DNA of 64,000 nt from Leptonemataceae bacterium (GCA_965227295.1 OZ245742.1:3840001-3904000), one strand, 5' to 3'. Numbered from the stretch's first letter, positions 10,221 through 21,481 are shown. The notes: generated by a model from the sequence alone, not told the origin. A program made the numbers and translations.

Positions 10221-11582
10221 ATGAAGATTTTTGTCGTAGACGATGATAAGAGCATCCGCCGAACGCTGCGCGAGATCCTGGAGGACGAGGACTTCGAGGT
10301 CGAGGACTTCGCCACCGGTCGTTCCATGCTTAAGGCCCTCGAAAAAAAGGGCCGGCCCGCGCTCGTGTTGCTCGATGTCTGGATGGGCAAAGAAGACGGC
10401 ATTGAGATTCTCGACAAAATCAAAGAGACCTATCCGGCCCTGCCGGTGTTGATGATCTCCGGGCACGGTACGATTGAACAGGCGGTGCAGGCCACGAAGA
10501 AGGGCGCCGTCGATTTCCTGGAGAAGCCGCTCTCTCTGGATACGGTGCTCGCGCGCATTGCCGAGATATTAAAACCGGGCAAGGCGAACGGCAAAAGCGA
10601 CGCCCCGCCGCCCGAGTTGGAGTTCGACGACATCATCGGTACGTCCGAAGAGATCGTGAATGTGAAACGCGCCATCGCCCAGGCCGCACGCACGAACGCG
10701 CGCGTGTTCATCTACGGCGAGAACGGCGTGGGCAAGGAACTGGTCGCCCGGGCGATTTACAAAAACTCGAAGCGCCGCGACGATACTTTCGTCGAAGTCA
10801 ACTGCGCCGCCATCCCGGAAGAACTCATCGAAAGCGAACTCTTCGGTCACGAGAAGGGCGCTTTCACCGGCGCCACCGAACAACGCATCGGCAAGTTCGA
10901 GCAGGCCAGTGGCGGCACGCTCTTTCTCGACGAAATCTGCGACATGTCGCTCGCTACTCAGGCGCGCGTACTGCGCGTCCTGCAGGAACAGCGTTTTTCC
11001 CGCGTGGGCGGCGGCGACAACATCGAGGTGGACGTGCGCATCATTGCGGCGACGAACATCCGTCCGGAAGAAGCGATCCGGGAAGGTCGTTTCCGCGAGG
11101 ACCTCTACTATCGACTGAACGTCATACCCATCGACATGCCGCCGCTGCGCGAACGGACGGGAGACATCGCGCTCCTGCTGGATCATTTTCTGCGCGAGTC
11201 CGCCAGTGAAAACCAGATCCCCATCAAGAAGTTTACCAACAAGGCCGTGGAAGCCCTCGTGAACTATGCCTGGCCCGGTAACGTCCGCGAGCTCAAGAAC
11301 GTCGTCGAGCGCCTGTCCATCATGAGCGGCGACGACGAAACCGAGATTACCGAGGAAACCGTGGCCCAGCACCTGAACGACGCGCGCAATCGCGGCAATA
11401 ACGAGGTACAACTCACCGGCGATCTGCGCAAGGCCCGGGAAAATTTCGAACGTTCGTACATCATCGAAGCCCTGCGCAAACACGAAAAGAACATCAGTCG
11501 GGCGGCACGTTTCCTGGGTATCGAACGCACGAACCTGCACCGCAAAATGAAGTCACTCAGCATCGATCCGGAGGAGATCTGA
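10221..11582 (+). CDS. NtrX/NtrC-like sigma54-dependent response regulator
   Basis: Receiver (VDDD, LLDVWM, KP), GENGVGKE, ESELFGHEKGAFTGA, C-terminal Fis HTH. Confidence 0.95.
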   Translation: MKIFVVDDDKSIRRTLREILEDEDFEVEDFATGRSMLKALEKKGRPALVLLDVWMGKEDGIEILDKIKETYPALPVLMISGHGTIEQAVQATKKGAVDFLEKPLSLDTVLARIAEILKPGKANGKSDAPPPELEFDDIIGTSEEIVNVKRAIAQAARTNARVFIYGENGVGKELVARAIYKNSKRRDDTFVEVNCAAIPEELIESELFGHEKGAFTGATEQRIGKFEQASGGTLFLDEICDMSLATQARVLRVLQEQRFSRVGGGDNIEVDVRIIAATNIRPEEAIREGRFREDLYYRLNVIPIDMPPLRERTGDIALLLDHFLRESASENQIPIKKFTNKAVEALVNYAWPGNVRELKNVVERLSIMSGDDETEITEETVAQHLNDARNRGNNEVQLTGDLRKARENFERSYIIEALRKHEKNISRAARFLGIERTNLHRKMKSLSIDPEEI

Positions 11583-11606
11583 GCCGCGCGGCTTAGCTTA
11601 CGAAAG

Positions 11607-12473
11607 ATGCAGGTTAGCGCCAACGACATCGCCGTCCTCATGCAGGACTTCGCCGATCTCCTGGAAGAGGAGCCCGGCGCCTGGATTCCGTGTCTGGACG
11701 ATGAGCCGCCTCCCGAAGAAATCGAGTTGATCGCCTACAGTGCGCCGGCGGCGAGTCCCGCCGCGGCTGCGACTACGACGGCATCTCCGGCCGCGCAGAG
11801 GCCGGCGGCCCCGCCGCCCCGGGAACTGCCGGCAAACTTCCGCTGCACACTGTGCCCCGATCGCATGTACCCGGTGCGCCGCTACAATCGGTCCGGTCGC
11901 AAGCCGGTCCTGGTCCTGTATCATGGCGGCTCCTTCGGCAAAGGCCCGGCGCGCCTTGACCGCAGCCGGGATTTTATCTTCGGCAGCGCCGAAGAGGACG
12001 ACCTGTTTGAACGCATGCTGGGAGCTGTAGATTCCGGAGAGACGAAGTTAGTGCTCGAGGATTTGCATTACCAGGAGTATCCCGCGTGTCACTTCAACGC
12101 CGTGCGTTCAACACCGGACGATTGGCGCGATCGCGGGGCGCATTGCCTGACTCACGTCCACGACACCGTGGAGCGTGAGGGCATCCGTCTGTTGATTCTC
12201 ACCGGACCGGCCGCGGTGATCCTCCTCGGCCCGGAGCGCGCGCGGGAACTCTCCGAGAGTTGTGAACGCATCGGCGTGAATACCGGCTCACGCGAGATTC
12301 CCGCTCTGGTCATGCGTTCTCCGGCGGCTCTCCTGGCTCTGGAAGCGAAACGCAAGCGACTCCAGCGCGCCGACGCCGACGATGCGCGGTACCGTGAGAC
12401 GGCCGAACAAGAAAAGAGCATCAAACGGCAGATGCTCACCGCGCTCCAGGCGGCTCTGGCCGGGGTCTCATAA
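11607..12473 (+). CDS. Hypothetical protein with degenerate family-4 uracil-DNA glycosylase-like fold
   Basis: CxxC, later ACHF and AHC cysteines, LFERMLGAV, LLILTGPAA..LLG, RSPAALL follow the family-4 UDG layout, but the catalytic motifs differ. Confidence 0.6.
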   Translation: MQVSANDIAVLMQDFADLLEEEPGAWIPCLDDEPPPEEIELIAYSAPAASPAAAATTTASPAAQRPAAPPPRELPANFRCTLCPDRMYPVRRYNRSGRKPVLVLYHGGSFGKGPARLDRSRDFIFGSAEEDDLFERMLGAVDSGETKLVLEDLHYQEYPACHFNAVRSTPDDWRDRGAHCLTHVHDTVEREGIRLLILTGPAAVILLGPERARELSESCERIGVNTGSREIPALVMRSPAALLALEAKRKRLQRADADDARYRETAEQEKSIKRQMLTALQAALAGVS

Positions 12474-12515
12474 CATTTCGAAACCGCGCGGATTCGCCCG
12501 CTTCCCAACAGACTC

Positions 12516-14501
12516 ATGTTCGACCACTACGCAGACGTCGCCGTACGCCTCCCGATTCCCGGAACGTTCACGTATCGCGTGCCGGACGAATTGCAGGATA
12601 CGATTCGGCCGGGCATGCGGGTCCAGGTCTCGTTTCGCAATCGCGACGAGGAAGCCGTGGTCTGCGTAATACATCCGAACGCCCCGGAATTCGAGGTGTT
12701 GCCGCTTACGAAACTCATCGACAGCGAAGCGATCTTAACCGAATATCAACTCAAGTTAGGATTCTGGATGGCGGAGTATTACCTGGCGGGACCCGGGGAG
12801 TGCCTGTTCAAAATGTTCCCCGCCGGCCGGCGCTATCCGAAGCGCCTCGAAAAACGCCGCCGTTCTCCGGCCGCACCGAATCACGAACTGAACGCGGAAC
12901 AGGAAGCCGCCTATCGCTCCATCATGGCGGCGCGGCCCGGGGAGGGGGCGCATCTCATCCACGGCGTCACCGGCTCCGGCAAAACCGAAATCTACATCCA
13001 CTTAATCCTCGACGCCCTCCGGCAAAACCGCGGCGCGCTCCTGCTCGTACCGGAAATCACACTCACCGTGCAGTTGATCGAACGCCTGCGTTCCGTTTTT
13101 GGTGATGAGCTGGCGTTGCTGCATTCCGCCCTCGGCGGGTCGGAACGATTCGGCTCGTACGTACACGTCCTCCGCGGCGATCAACGCATCGCGGTGGGGA
13201 CGCGTTCCGCTGTCTTCGCCCCGGTTCTGGATCCCGGCGTGATCATCCTCGATGAAGAACACGATGCATCTTACAAAGAACACAGCGCGCCGCGTTACGA
13301 CGCCCGGCAGATCGCGCACAAACGAGCCACGGATCACGGCGCTCACCTGGTGCTGGGCTCGGCCACACCCCGCATCGAAACGGCGTATCATGCCCGGGCC
13401 ATGTCCGAAACGACGGGCTTTCGGTACTATCGACTCAGCGGGCGGGCCACGGGGGCGGAGTTGCCGGACGTACGCTTGACGAAGATCGCCTCCGGCGATG
13501 CGCCGCTCGGCGGGGATACCTTAAATGAACTTGAGAAGAACTTAAAGGCCGGCCGGCAGACGATCCTCCTGCTGAACCGGCGGGGCTATCATCCGTTCGT
13601 GTACTGCGCCAACTGCGAACGCACCGAGAGCTGCCCGAACTGTTCGGTGGCGTTGAACCTGCACCGGGACAGTCGACTGCTCTGTCACTACTGCGCGTAT
13701 GAGCGCGAGTATCGCGGGGAGTGTTCGAACTGCGGCGGTCCGGCGCGGCCCGTGGGCAGCGGTACGCAGAAGCTCGAGGAGTTTTTGCTGAATCTCTATC
13801 CCGACGCACGCCTGGAACGCCTGGACGCCGACGCCGCGACGAAGCGCCACGCCGTACGGGACTGCATCAATCGTCTCATCGATGGAGAGATCGACATTCT
13901 GCTCGGCACGCAAATGATCGCCAAAGGTCTCGACGCACCGAACGTTACGCTGGTGTCCGTGCTGCAGGCCGATCACGGTTTCGCGCTGCCGGACTTTCGC
14001 GCCGCGGAGCGCACGTTCTCGCTGCTCACCCAGGTGGCAGGCCGGGCGGGGCGCGGCGAGCACAAGGGCCGGGTCATCTTCGAATGTCTGAACCCCGCGA
14101 ATCCTGTACTGCATCATGCCGCGCGCCAGGACTACGAAGCCTTTTATCGCGAGGAAGTCGTGATGCGCAAGGCCTCCGGTTATCCGCCGTTTACGCGCAT
14201 CGTGCGACTGCTCTACCGGGGTGAGGACGAGGGGGCCACACGCACGGCCGCGAATCGCCTGGCCGGGCGCCTCCAGCGGGCCCCGGAGCTCGCGACGGCC
14301 GATCATACGACACTCCTCGGCCCGGCGCCGGCGCCCCTGGAAAAGCTGCACAATCAGTACCGCTATCACATGATCCTCAAAACCGGTCGCATGCGGCGTT
14401 TGCGGGAGATTCTGTCGGAGCTACTCGCCGACGAGCGCGGGAGCGGCGGGGGGGCGAAGCTTCATCTGGAAGTGGATTTCGACCCGGTGGATCTTTTGTA
14501 A
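12516..14501 (+). CDS. priA: Replication restart helicase PriA
   Basis: HGVTGSGKTE, DEEH, LLNRRGY, four CxxC pairs, GTQMIAKGLD, QVAGRAGR. Confidence 0.97.
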   Translation: MFDHYADVAVRLPIPGTFTYRVPDELQDTIRPGMRVQVSFRNRDEEAVVCVIHPNAPEFEVLPLTKLIDSEAILTEYQLKLGFWMAEYYLAGPGECLFKMFPAGRRYPKRLEKRRRSPAAPNHELNAEQEAAYRSIMAARPGEGAHLIHGVTGSGKTEIYIHLILDALRQNRGALLLVPEITLTVQLIERLRSVFGDELALLHSALGGSERFGSYVHVLRGDQRIAVGTRSAVFAPVLDPGVIILDEEHDASYKEHSAPRYDARQIAHKRATDHGAHLVLGSATPRIETAYHARAMSETTGFRYYRLSGRATGAELPDVRLTKIASGDAPLGGDTLNELEKNLKAGRQTILLLNRRGYHPFVYCANCERTESCPNCSVALNLHRDSRLLCHYCAYEREYRGECSNCGGPARPVGSGTQKLEEFLLNLYPDARLERLDADAATKRHAVRDCINRLIDGEIDILLGTQMIAKGLDAPNVTLVSVLQADHGFALPDFRAAERTFSLLTQVAGRAGRGEHKGRVIFECLNPANPVLHHAARQDYEAFYREEVVMRKASGYPPFTRIVRLLYRGEDEGATRTAANRLAGRLQRAPELATADHTTLLGPAPAPLEKLHNQYRYHMILKTGRMRRLREILSELLADERGSGGGAKLHLEVDFDPVDLL

Positions 14502-14585
14502 AATTTTTGTACCGTGAATGGTAGCGGCGAAAATTCCCTTTTAGACATAATGCGTCTGGAATAATTGGTAAAGCTCGGAGGAAGT

Positions 14586-17525
14586 ATGCAAAACAGCATG
14601 CAATTTACGGATCGATACGAACAACGCCACATCGGGCCCGGCCCGGCAGAGTTGCAGGCCATGCTCGACGTTGTCGGCGCCGACAGCCTGGAGGCCCTCA
14701 TCGAGGAGACCGTGCCTGCTTCCATTCGTCTGGACGCACCGGTCCTCGAAGCCATCCCCGAATCCTCCGCCGAGTCGGTCTTCATCAAAGAGGCCGCCGA
14801 TCTGGCCGCGCGTAACAAAGTCTTCAAAAGCTACATCGGCCTGGGATATTCTGACTGCATCACGCCCGCCGTCATCGCGCGGAACATCTTCGAGAATCCG
14901 GGTTGGTACACCCAGTACACCCCGTACCAGGCGGAAATCTCCCAGGGCCGTCTTGAGGCCCTGCTGAATTTCCAGACCGTGGTTATGGATCTTACCGGTA
15001 TGGCCATCGCCAATGCTTCGTTGCTGGACGAGGGCACCGCCGCCGCCGAGGCCATGGCCATGTTACATCGTCTGCGCCCGCCCGCGGTTTCTAAACGGGA
15101 GGCGCACACGTTCTTCGTCGCGGACGATTGTCTCCCGCAAACCATCGAGGTGGTACGCGGCCGGGCCGAGCCCCTGGGCATTCAGGTCGAAGTCGGCAGC
15201 GCCGCGGACTACCAGCCGAAGGACGAACACTTTGCAATCCTGCTCCAGTATCCCGCGGCCGACGGAGCCGTGCATGAGTACACCGGCATCATCCAGGCCG
15301 CTCAGGCGCACGGCATTCGCTGCGTGGTGGCCGCCGATCTGTTGTCGCTCACGTTGCTGCAGCCGCCCGGGGAATTCGGCGCCGACGTGGTCGTGGGAAA
15401 CACCCAGCGTTTCGGTGTCCCCCTGGGCTACGGCGGGCCCCACGCCGCGTTCTTCGCCACGCGGGACGACTACAAACGTTCCATGCCCGGTCGTTTGATC
15501 GGCGTCTCGGTGGACCGGCACGGCAAGGCCGCGTTTCGCCTGGCGTTGCAAACCCGGGAGCAACACATTCGTCGCGAGAAAGCCACGTCCAACATCTGCA
15601 CGGCCCAGGCACTGCTGGCCATCATGGCGTCGATGTACGCCGTCTATCACGGACCGGACGGACTGAAGGCCATTGCCGAACGCGTGCATCGACTCGCGCG
15701 CACCCTGGAAAAAGCACTCTCCGATCTCGGCTACGAACAACTGAACGCGGCGTACTTCGATACGCTGCAACTGCGCATACCGGCCGAAAAAATGGAACGT
15801 CTGGAGAGCGAGGCTTTGAACGCCGGCATCAATCTGCGTTACATCGACGACGAACGTGTGAGCATTGCCCTCGACGAAACCGTCAGCGCGAACGACCTGC
15901 GGAACCTGGTCATGGTCTTCGCCCGCACCGCCGATCAATCCACACAGTACGATCCGGCTTCGGTAACGGAGTCGGATCTACCGGAGCGCATCGCTACGAA
16001 AATTCAGCGCACCAGCGAATATCTCAGTCATCCTGTCTTTCACGCGCACCGCTCCGAAACGGCGATGATGCGTTACATCCGCGGGCTGGAACAGAAGGAC
16101 CTGGCGCTGAACACCGCCATGATCCCGCTGGGCTCGTGTACCATGAAACTCAACGCCGCCGCCGCGATGATTCCCGTAACGTTTGCCGGCTTTTCAAAGA
16201 TGCATCCGTTCGCGCCGGCGGATCAGGCCGAGGGTTATGCCGCCGTCTTCGCGGAACTGGAACGTTTTCTTTCGGACATCACCGGCTTTGCGGCAACGTC
16301 GCTGCAGCCGAACTCGGGCGCCCAGGGCGAGTATGCCGGCCTCATGGTCATTCGCGCGTTCCAGCGCGATCGCGGGGAAGGGCAGCGCAACGTTGCGTTG
16401 ATTCCCACATCGGCTCACGGTACCAATCCGGCCAGCGCTACCATGGCCGGCATGGACGTCGTCCTGGTAAAGTGCGACGACGACGGCAACATCGAGATCG
16501 ACGATCTGCGCGGCAAAGCCGAGAAGTACACGGATCGATTGTCCGCGCTGATGATCACCTACCCGTCGACGCACGGCGTCTTCGAAGAAGGCATCCGCGA
16601 GATCTGCGATATCGTTCATCAGCACGGCGGCCAGGTTTACATGGACGGCGCGAACATGAACGCCCAGGTGGGTCTCACATCTCCCGGTCGCATCGGGGCG
16701 GATGTCTGCCACCTCAATCTGCACAAGACCTTCAGCATTCCTCACGGCGGCGGCGGGCCCGGCATGGGACCGATCTGCGTTGCCGAACACCTGGAACCGT
16801 ATCTTCCCGGACACCCGCTGTCCGAGCGGGCCGGCGGAGAACGAGCCATCCCGGCCGTGGCCGCGGCACCCTACGGCAGCCCGAGCATCCTTCTGATTTC
16901 CTACGCCTACATCAAAATGCTCGGCCGGGACGGTCTGCCTGCCGCCACGAAGTATGCGGTCTTGAACGCGAACTACCTTAAGTCACGCCTGGATAAAGCT
17001 TACACTGTACTGTATACCGGCAAGAACGGTCGCGTGGCCCATGAGATGATTCTCGACATCCGTCCGTTCAAGAAGGCCGGCATCGACGTGGAAGACGTGG
17101 CGAAACGTTTGATCGATTACGGCTTTCATGCGCCGACCATGTCCTGGCCGGTACCGGGCACGCTCATGGTTGAACCCACGGAGAGCGAACCCAAAGAAGA
17201 GCTGGATCGTTTCGTCGAGGCCATGCTTACGATCCGTGAGGAAATTCAGGCAGTGATCGACGGCAAGGTCGATGCCGAGGACAACGTACTGAAGAACGCC
17301 CCGCATACCGCGGAAGAAGCCTGCGCCGATATCTGGAACCACGGCTACAGCCGACAGTCGGCAGTGTATCCGGTGCAGAGTCTGCGCGCGCAAAAGTTCT
17401 GGGCTCCGGTGGGGCGCATCGACAACGCGTACGGAGATCGCAATCTCATGTGCGCGTGTCCGCCCATCGAAGCCTATGCCGACGCCGAAGAGGCCGAACC
17501 GGCCGTGGCGAGTCCGGCCGGCTGA
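14586..17525 (+). CDS. gcvP: Glycine dehydrogenase (decarboxylating), single-chain P protein
   Basis: [59 protein letters not shown] before the ATG at 14586. Confidence 0.98.
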   Translation: MQNSMQFTDRYEQRHIGPGPAELQAMLDVVGADSLEALIEETVPASIRLDAPVLEAIPESSAESVFIKEAADLAARNKVFKSYIGLGYSDCITPAVIARNIFENPGWYTQYTPYQAEISQGRLEALLNFQTVVMDLTGMAIANASLLDEGTAAAEAMAMLHRLRPPAVSKREAHTFFVADDCLPQTIEVVRGRAEPLGIQVEVGSAADYQPKDEHFAILLQYPAADGAVHEYTGIIQAAQAHGIRCVVAADLLSLTLLQPPGEFGADVVVGNTQRFGVPLGYGGPHAAFFATRDDYKRSMPGRLIGVSVDRHGKAAFRLALQTREQHIRREKATSNICTAQALLAIMASMYAVYHGPDGLKAIAERVHRLARTLEKALSDLGYEQLNAAYFDTLQLRIPAEKMERLESEALNAGINLRYIDDERVSIALDETVSANDLRNLVMVFARTADQSTQYDPASVTESDLPERIATKIQRTSEYLSHPVFHAHRSETAMMRYIRGLEQKDLALNTAMIPLGSCTMKLNAAAAMIPVTFAGFSKMHPFAPADQAEGYAAVFAELERFLSDITGFAATSLQPNSGAQGEYAGLMVIRAFQRDRGEGQRNVALIPTSAHGTNPASATMAGMDVVLVKCDDDGNIEIDDLRGKAEKYTDRLSALMITYPSTHGVFEEGIREICDIVHQHGGQVYMDGANMNAQVGLTSPGRIGADVCHLNLHKTFSIPHGGGGPGMGPICVAEHLEPYLPGHPLSERAGGERAIPAVAAAPYGSPSILLISYAYIKMLGRDGLPAATKYAVLNANYLKSRLDKAYTVLYTGKNGRVAHEMILDIRPFKKAGIDVEDVAKRLIDYGFHAPTMSWPVPGTLMVEPTESEPKEELDRFVEAMLTIREEIQAVIDGKVDAEDNVLKNAPHTAEEACADIWNHGYSRQSAVYPVQSLRAQKFWAPVGRIDNAYGDRNLMCACPPIEAYADAEEAEPAVASPAG

Positions 17526-17549
17526 ATCCGCCTGAGTAGACATTAGCGC

Positions 17550-18665
17550 GTGGCCGAAGCACTCAAAGAGATCTTTAACCGCGCGTTCTACCGGGAACTG
17601 GCCGAACTCGTACTGGTCGAGCACCCATCTTTCGAAGCCGAGGTCTTCGTGCGTTCGGCAACGAAGGGCCTCGCGAAACTCGAACTGAACGAACGCATGC
17701 GTCGCACGGCGCAGCTGTTGCACGAGCATCTTACGCAGGATTTTCAGAAGAACGTCGCCATCCTGAAAGCAGTGGCGCCAAACCTGAGCCGGCGCGGCGG
17801 CGGATACGGCGGCATCTTTGTCCCGGAGTACATCGGCCGCTTCGGCGCAGAAGATCCGCAACTCTTCGATTTTTGCATGGAGGCTCTGCGCGACGTCACG
17901 GAACACTCTTCTTCGGAACTGGCTGTCCGGGAATTTCTCAAACGTGACTTTGATCGGGCATACGCCTACATGCTCCGCTGGTCCGAGGACGAAAATTACC
18001 ACGTTCGCAGATTGTCCTCGGAGGGCCTGCGTCCGCGACTGCCCTGGTCCTTTCGGCTGACGAATCTCATCGAAAATCCCGCCCCCGCGCGAGCAATTCT
18101 CGACCGACTCAACAGGGATCCGGAGCTCTACGTTCGGAAGTCCGTGGCCAATCACCTCAACGATATCTCGAAGGATCATCCCGAGACCATGCTGGACTGG
18201 ATTTCCGCCCGCGCCTGGCAAACGGACGACGAGGGCACGGCCTGGATCAAGAAACACGCCTGCCGAACGTTGATCAAGAACGGCCATCCGCGGGCTCTCG
18301 CGTTGTTTTCGTTTTCCGAAAAGCCGCGGCTGAAGTCCGCGGCGCTGAAGTTCTCGCGCAAGAAAGTCAAAATCGGCGAGACGGTGGAATTATCCGTGCG
18401 TCTGGAAGCCGCGGCAAAGCCGAAGCGCGCACAGAACCTGGTCGTGGACTATCGCGTGCATTATCGCAAACAGAACGGCCGGACGTCGACAAAGGTTTTT
18501 AAGTTTCGGGAAATAGAACTAAATCCGGGCGCCGTGTTCGAAGCAAAAAAGAAACACCGCTTCGATGATATGACCACACGCAAACATCATCCCGGCGAAC
18601 ATTTAGCGGAGCTCGTTGTGAACGGTGAGGTTGTGGCGACGGCGGGCGTAGTTTTGCAACGCTGA
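17550..18665 (+). CDS. DNA alkylation repair protein (AlkC/AlkD-like HEAT repeats plus C-terminal beta domain)
   Basis: SSELAVREFL, HVRRLSSEGLRPRLPW, DPELYVRKSVANHLNDISKDHP, TTRKHHPGEH. Confidence 0.85.
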   Translation: MAEALKEIFNRAFYRELAELVLVEHPSFEAEVFVRSATKGLAKLELNERMRRTAQLLHEHLTQDFQKNVAILKAVAPNLSRRGGGYGGIFVPEYIGRFGAEDPQLFDFCMEALRDVTEHSSSELAVREFLKRDFDRAYAYMLRWSEDENYHVRRLSSEGLRPRLPWSFRLTNLIENPAPARAILDRLNRDPELYVRKSVANHLNDISKDHPETMLDWISARAWQTDDEGTAWIKKHACRTLIKNGHPRALALFSFSEKPRLKSAALKFSRKKVKIGETVELSVRLEAAAKPKRAQNLVVDYRVHYRKQNGRTSTKVFKFREIELNPGAVFEAKKKHRFDDMTTRKHHPGEHLAELVVNGEVVATAGVVLQR

Positions 18666-18683
18666 GATGCGGCAGAGCCCCAC

Positions 18684-19340
18684 TCAGTTCAAAGAAAAAC
18701 CGGACTCATCCGTGGGGTTTTCGCCCTGTTCCTGCACGAGCTTCAGGATTTCGATCTGCTTGCGATACGTTGCTTCCAGGTCGTCCAGCAGGGCGTCCAC
18801 GGTATCCGTTTCCAGCATGGCCTGCTTCTGCACCTGGGGTACCTGTAAGAGATAGGCTCCGGTATAACACAACGTGCGGGCATCCGTGGGCAGGCGGGAG
18901 AAGTCGATTTCGATCTCTTCGTTCTTCGCCAGCAATCGCAGGTAATCATCGAAGAGCGGCAGCAGTGCCCGGCCGCGGCGGTTTTCATTGTCGTTGCCGG
19001 GCAGCAGGTCCGAAATCTCCACCTCGCCCTGGAGATAGGCCGCACCGTGGTGGTCCAGTTCGCCGATGCGAAAGCGCCGGGAACCCAGGGCCGTCAGGTT
19101 CATGCGACCCTCCGCCAGGTGTTCGATCTTTAGAATGCGTGCCGTGGTGCCGCAGAGGTGCGGGCGGGCCAGAGGGCCCAGGGCTTCCTGGCCTTCCTCG
19201 ATCAACACCACACCGAACTCCAGTTCCTCCCGCATGCAGTGATGGATCATCTCTTTGTAACGCTCCTCGAAGATGTGCAGGAAGATGGGAGCGCCGGGAA
19301 ATAACACCGAGTGCAGGGGAAACAGGGGCAGCCGGTGCAT
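18684..19340 (-). CDS. LON peptidase substrate-binding domain protein (stand-alone)
   Basis: LPLFPL..VLFPG...LHIFEERYKEMI, FGVVLI, GTTARI; no AAA or protease domain. Confidence 0.9.
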   Translation of the reverse strand: MHRLPLFPLHSVLFPGAPIFLHIFEERYKEMIHHCMREELEFGVVLIEEGQEALGPLARPHLCGTTARILKIEHLAEGRMNLTALGSRRFRIGELDHHGAAYLQGEVEISDLLPGNDNENRRGRALLPLFDDYLRLLAKNEEIEIDFSRLPTDARTLCYTGAYLLQVPQVQKQAMLETDTVDALLDDLEATYRKQIEILKLVQEQGENPTDESGFSLN

Positions 19341-19346
19341 CCCATC

Positions 19347-19375
19347 AGCATAACCACTCCCCATCCCGACGTCAA
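19347..19375 (-). promoter_or_regulatory. sigma70 promoter, probably giving a leaderless mRNA for the LON-domain gene
   Basis: Minus strand TTGACG-N17-TATGCT, then 6 nt to the ATG at 19340. Confidence 0.7.
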
Positions 19376-19390
19376 TCAACAGGATCGGAG

Positions 19391-19419
19391 TTGACGCGAT
19401 TCAGCGGCTCCCGCACGCT
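19391..19419 (+). promoter_or_regulatory. Putative sigma70 promoter for fmt (divergent)
   Basis: TTGACG-N17-CACGCT, then 9 nt to the ATG at 19429. Confidence 0.5.
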
Positions 19420-19428
19420 GCAGGGTAG

Positions 19429-20451
19429 ATGCTGCAACGCGGATACCGCATCGGCTACCTGGGCAGCCCGGACATCTCCGCGCATCTTCTCCGCTCCATC
19501 CTCGACGCCGGACGGCATGAAGTTGCCTTCGTCCTCTCCAATCCCGACCGTCCCCGTGGTCGATCGTCGCGCCTGCATCCCACCGAGGTTTCGGCGCTGG
19601 CCCTCGAACGAGACATCCCCCTCTTCCGACCGGAGTCGCTGAAAAAAGGCGAGGGCCGCGAAGAACTCGTGGAACAACTGCAGGCTCACGACGCAGATCT
19701 CTTCGTCGTTTTCGCTTACGGGAAAATTCTACCGTCTGCCGTCTACGAACTGCCGTCTCTCGGCGCGGTGAATCTGCATGCGTCACTCCTGCCGTTGCTT
19801 CGCGGTGCCTCACCCATTCAGTCGGCCTTGCTGCACGGCCTTGAAACCACCGGCTGGAGCGTGCAAAAGATCGCGAAGGGCATGGATACCGGCGATGTTC
19901 TGGCCACCGCGGAAATCCCCATCGATCCGGAAGAAAGTGCCGGGGAACTCGCCGAACGCATGCTTCCGGAAGGCGTGCGTCTCATGCTTGATGTACTTGA
20001 ACGTTACGAAGAACTCTGGAACGCCGCGCAGGCCCAGGACGAGAGCCGGGCAAGTTATTGTACAAAATTTACCACAGAGATGAGTGTGATCGACTGGGCC
20101 CTGGCGGCGCAGGACATTCACAACCTGGTGCGTGCCCTGAATCCGCGACCCACGGCCCGCACGCAAATGCCGGACGGCAGTAATCTCAAGATCCATCGCA
20201 CGGCACTGATGGCGCCGGAAGCAGCAGCGACCTCCAGGTACGCGAGCGCGGAGCCGGGGACGTTTGGTCTGGAGCGCATCGACGATGCACGGAAACTTGT
20301 GGTGCGGGCTGGTGACTCCGTAATGGAGATCCTTGAGCTTCAGCCCGAGGGCAGAAAGAAATTGACCGCACAAGACTTCCTGAACGGATACCGGGCAGAG
20401 CAAACGGAACGTTTTCCGGCCCGCAGCGGAACGAAATCCCATGAGCAATGA
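19429..20451 (+). CDS. fmt: Methionyl-tRNA formyltransferase
   Basis: NPDRPRGR, VVFAYGKILP, NLHASLLP..RGASPIQ, MDTGD. Confidence 0.96.
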   Translation: MLQRGYRIGYLGSPDISAHLLRSILDAGRHEVAFVLSNPDRPRGRSSRLHPTEVSALALERDIPLFRPESLKKGEGREELVEQLQAHDADLFVVFAYGKILPSAVYELPSLGAVNLHASLLPLLRGASPIQSALLHGLETTGWSVQKIAKGMDTGDVLATAEIPIDPEESAGELAERMLPEGVRLMLDVLERYEELWNAAQAQDESRASYCTKFTTEMSVIDWALAAQDIHNLVRALNPRPTARTQMPDGSNLKIHRTALMAPEAAATSRYASAEPGTFGLERIDDARKLVVRAGDSVMEILELQPEGRKKLTAQDFLNGYRAEQTERFPARSGTKSHEQ

Positions 20452-21481
20452 ATCCAAATACCAATTCCTGACCGGCGTGGCACGCCTCGTATTCTACTTC
20501 GTCGTATCCATGGCGCTCTTTTTCGGAGCGGCGGTTCTGATCTTCATCCTCCGGGGTTCCACGGCCCGGTTGAACGAGATGCCCGACGTCACCGGCAAGT
20601 ACTACGTCGACGTGCACGAGGATCTCACCACGCGAATGCAACTCCGGGTACGCCTGGAGAAACGCACGTTTTCCGATCGCCCGTCCGGCCTGGTGTTGTA
20701 CCAGAGCGTCGCCCCCGGCGCGCTCATCGAACCCCAGGAAAAGGTCCAGCTCATCGTCAATCAACCCGATCCGCTGCTCACCATGCCCGATCTCCGGCGT
20801 CAGTCTTTGTTGAATGCCGGGGCCGCCCTGGAGCGTGTCACCGGCGAAGAGCGCGTCTACCGGCTGAAGCTGGCGGCGGTGAGTGAGGTGGAGCGGAGCG
20901 ATGTCCCGTCCGGAACGGTCCTGGAACAATTCCCGCCGCCGGGGCGCAGCGTGGCACCGGGGGAGTCGGTCTATCTGTTGATCGCCCGGGAGTCGGCCGG
21001 GCCGGTGAGCGAAGAGAACGTGGACGCCTGGGTAGGCCAGAACATCACGATCCTGTCTTCGTATTTGAATCGGCGCGGCATTGAGTATCGTGTGGGTGAG
21101 ATCAGCGCTCCGCCGGAGCCCGATGCGAACGGACTCGTACACGCGGTGCACGCGCCGTCTTCGGCGAACGGCCCGTATTTGCTCGATGTCTACTACCTGG
21201 AGCCGGAGCAACGTTACGGTCACGGCTATGAATCCATCGAGGTTGAATTAAGCGATGCCGGAGAATGCCGGGCGGAACGCATTACGCCCGCTTCGGACCA
21301 AGAGAGCTTTGTCGCGCTCGATCCGGACGATGAATCGAACCTTATCTTCCGGAGTCGCCATGCGGCAAATGACGAAAGCATACGGCTGATCTTCTATCGC
21401 TCCGGCGTCAACACCGTGCGCGTCGCCTGTGGAGACAGCGTCGTCTACGATCGGACGTTCCGGCCCGATTATCCTGGCTGA
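20441..21481 (+). CDS. PASTA domain-containing membrane protein
   Basis: N-terminal TM; repeats MPDVTG..GLVLYQS..PG and MPDLR..GTVLEQFPPPG. Confidence 0.85.
   Translation: MSNESKYQFLTGVARLVFYFVVSMALFFGAAVLIFILRGSTARLNEMPDVTGKYYVDVHEDLTTRMQLRVRLEKRTFSDRPSGLVLYQSVAPGALIEPQEKVQLIVNQPDPLLTMPDLRRQSLLNAGAALERVTGEERVYRLKLAAVSEVERSDVPSGTVLEQFPPPGRSVAPGESVYLLIARESAGPVSEENVDAWVGQNITILSSYLNRRGIEYRVGEISAPPEPDANGLVHAVHAPSSANGPYLLDVYYLEPEQRYGHGYESIEVELSDAGECRAERITPASDQESFVALDPDDESNLIFRSRHAANDESIRLIFYRSGVNTVRVACGDSVVYDRTFRPDYPG

Noticed and set aside
14502..14585. Glycine riboswitch upstream of gcvP
   Set aside because: Only 84 nt, with no recognisable glycine-aptamer core or stems
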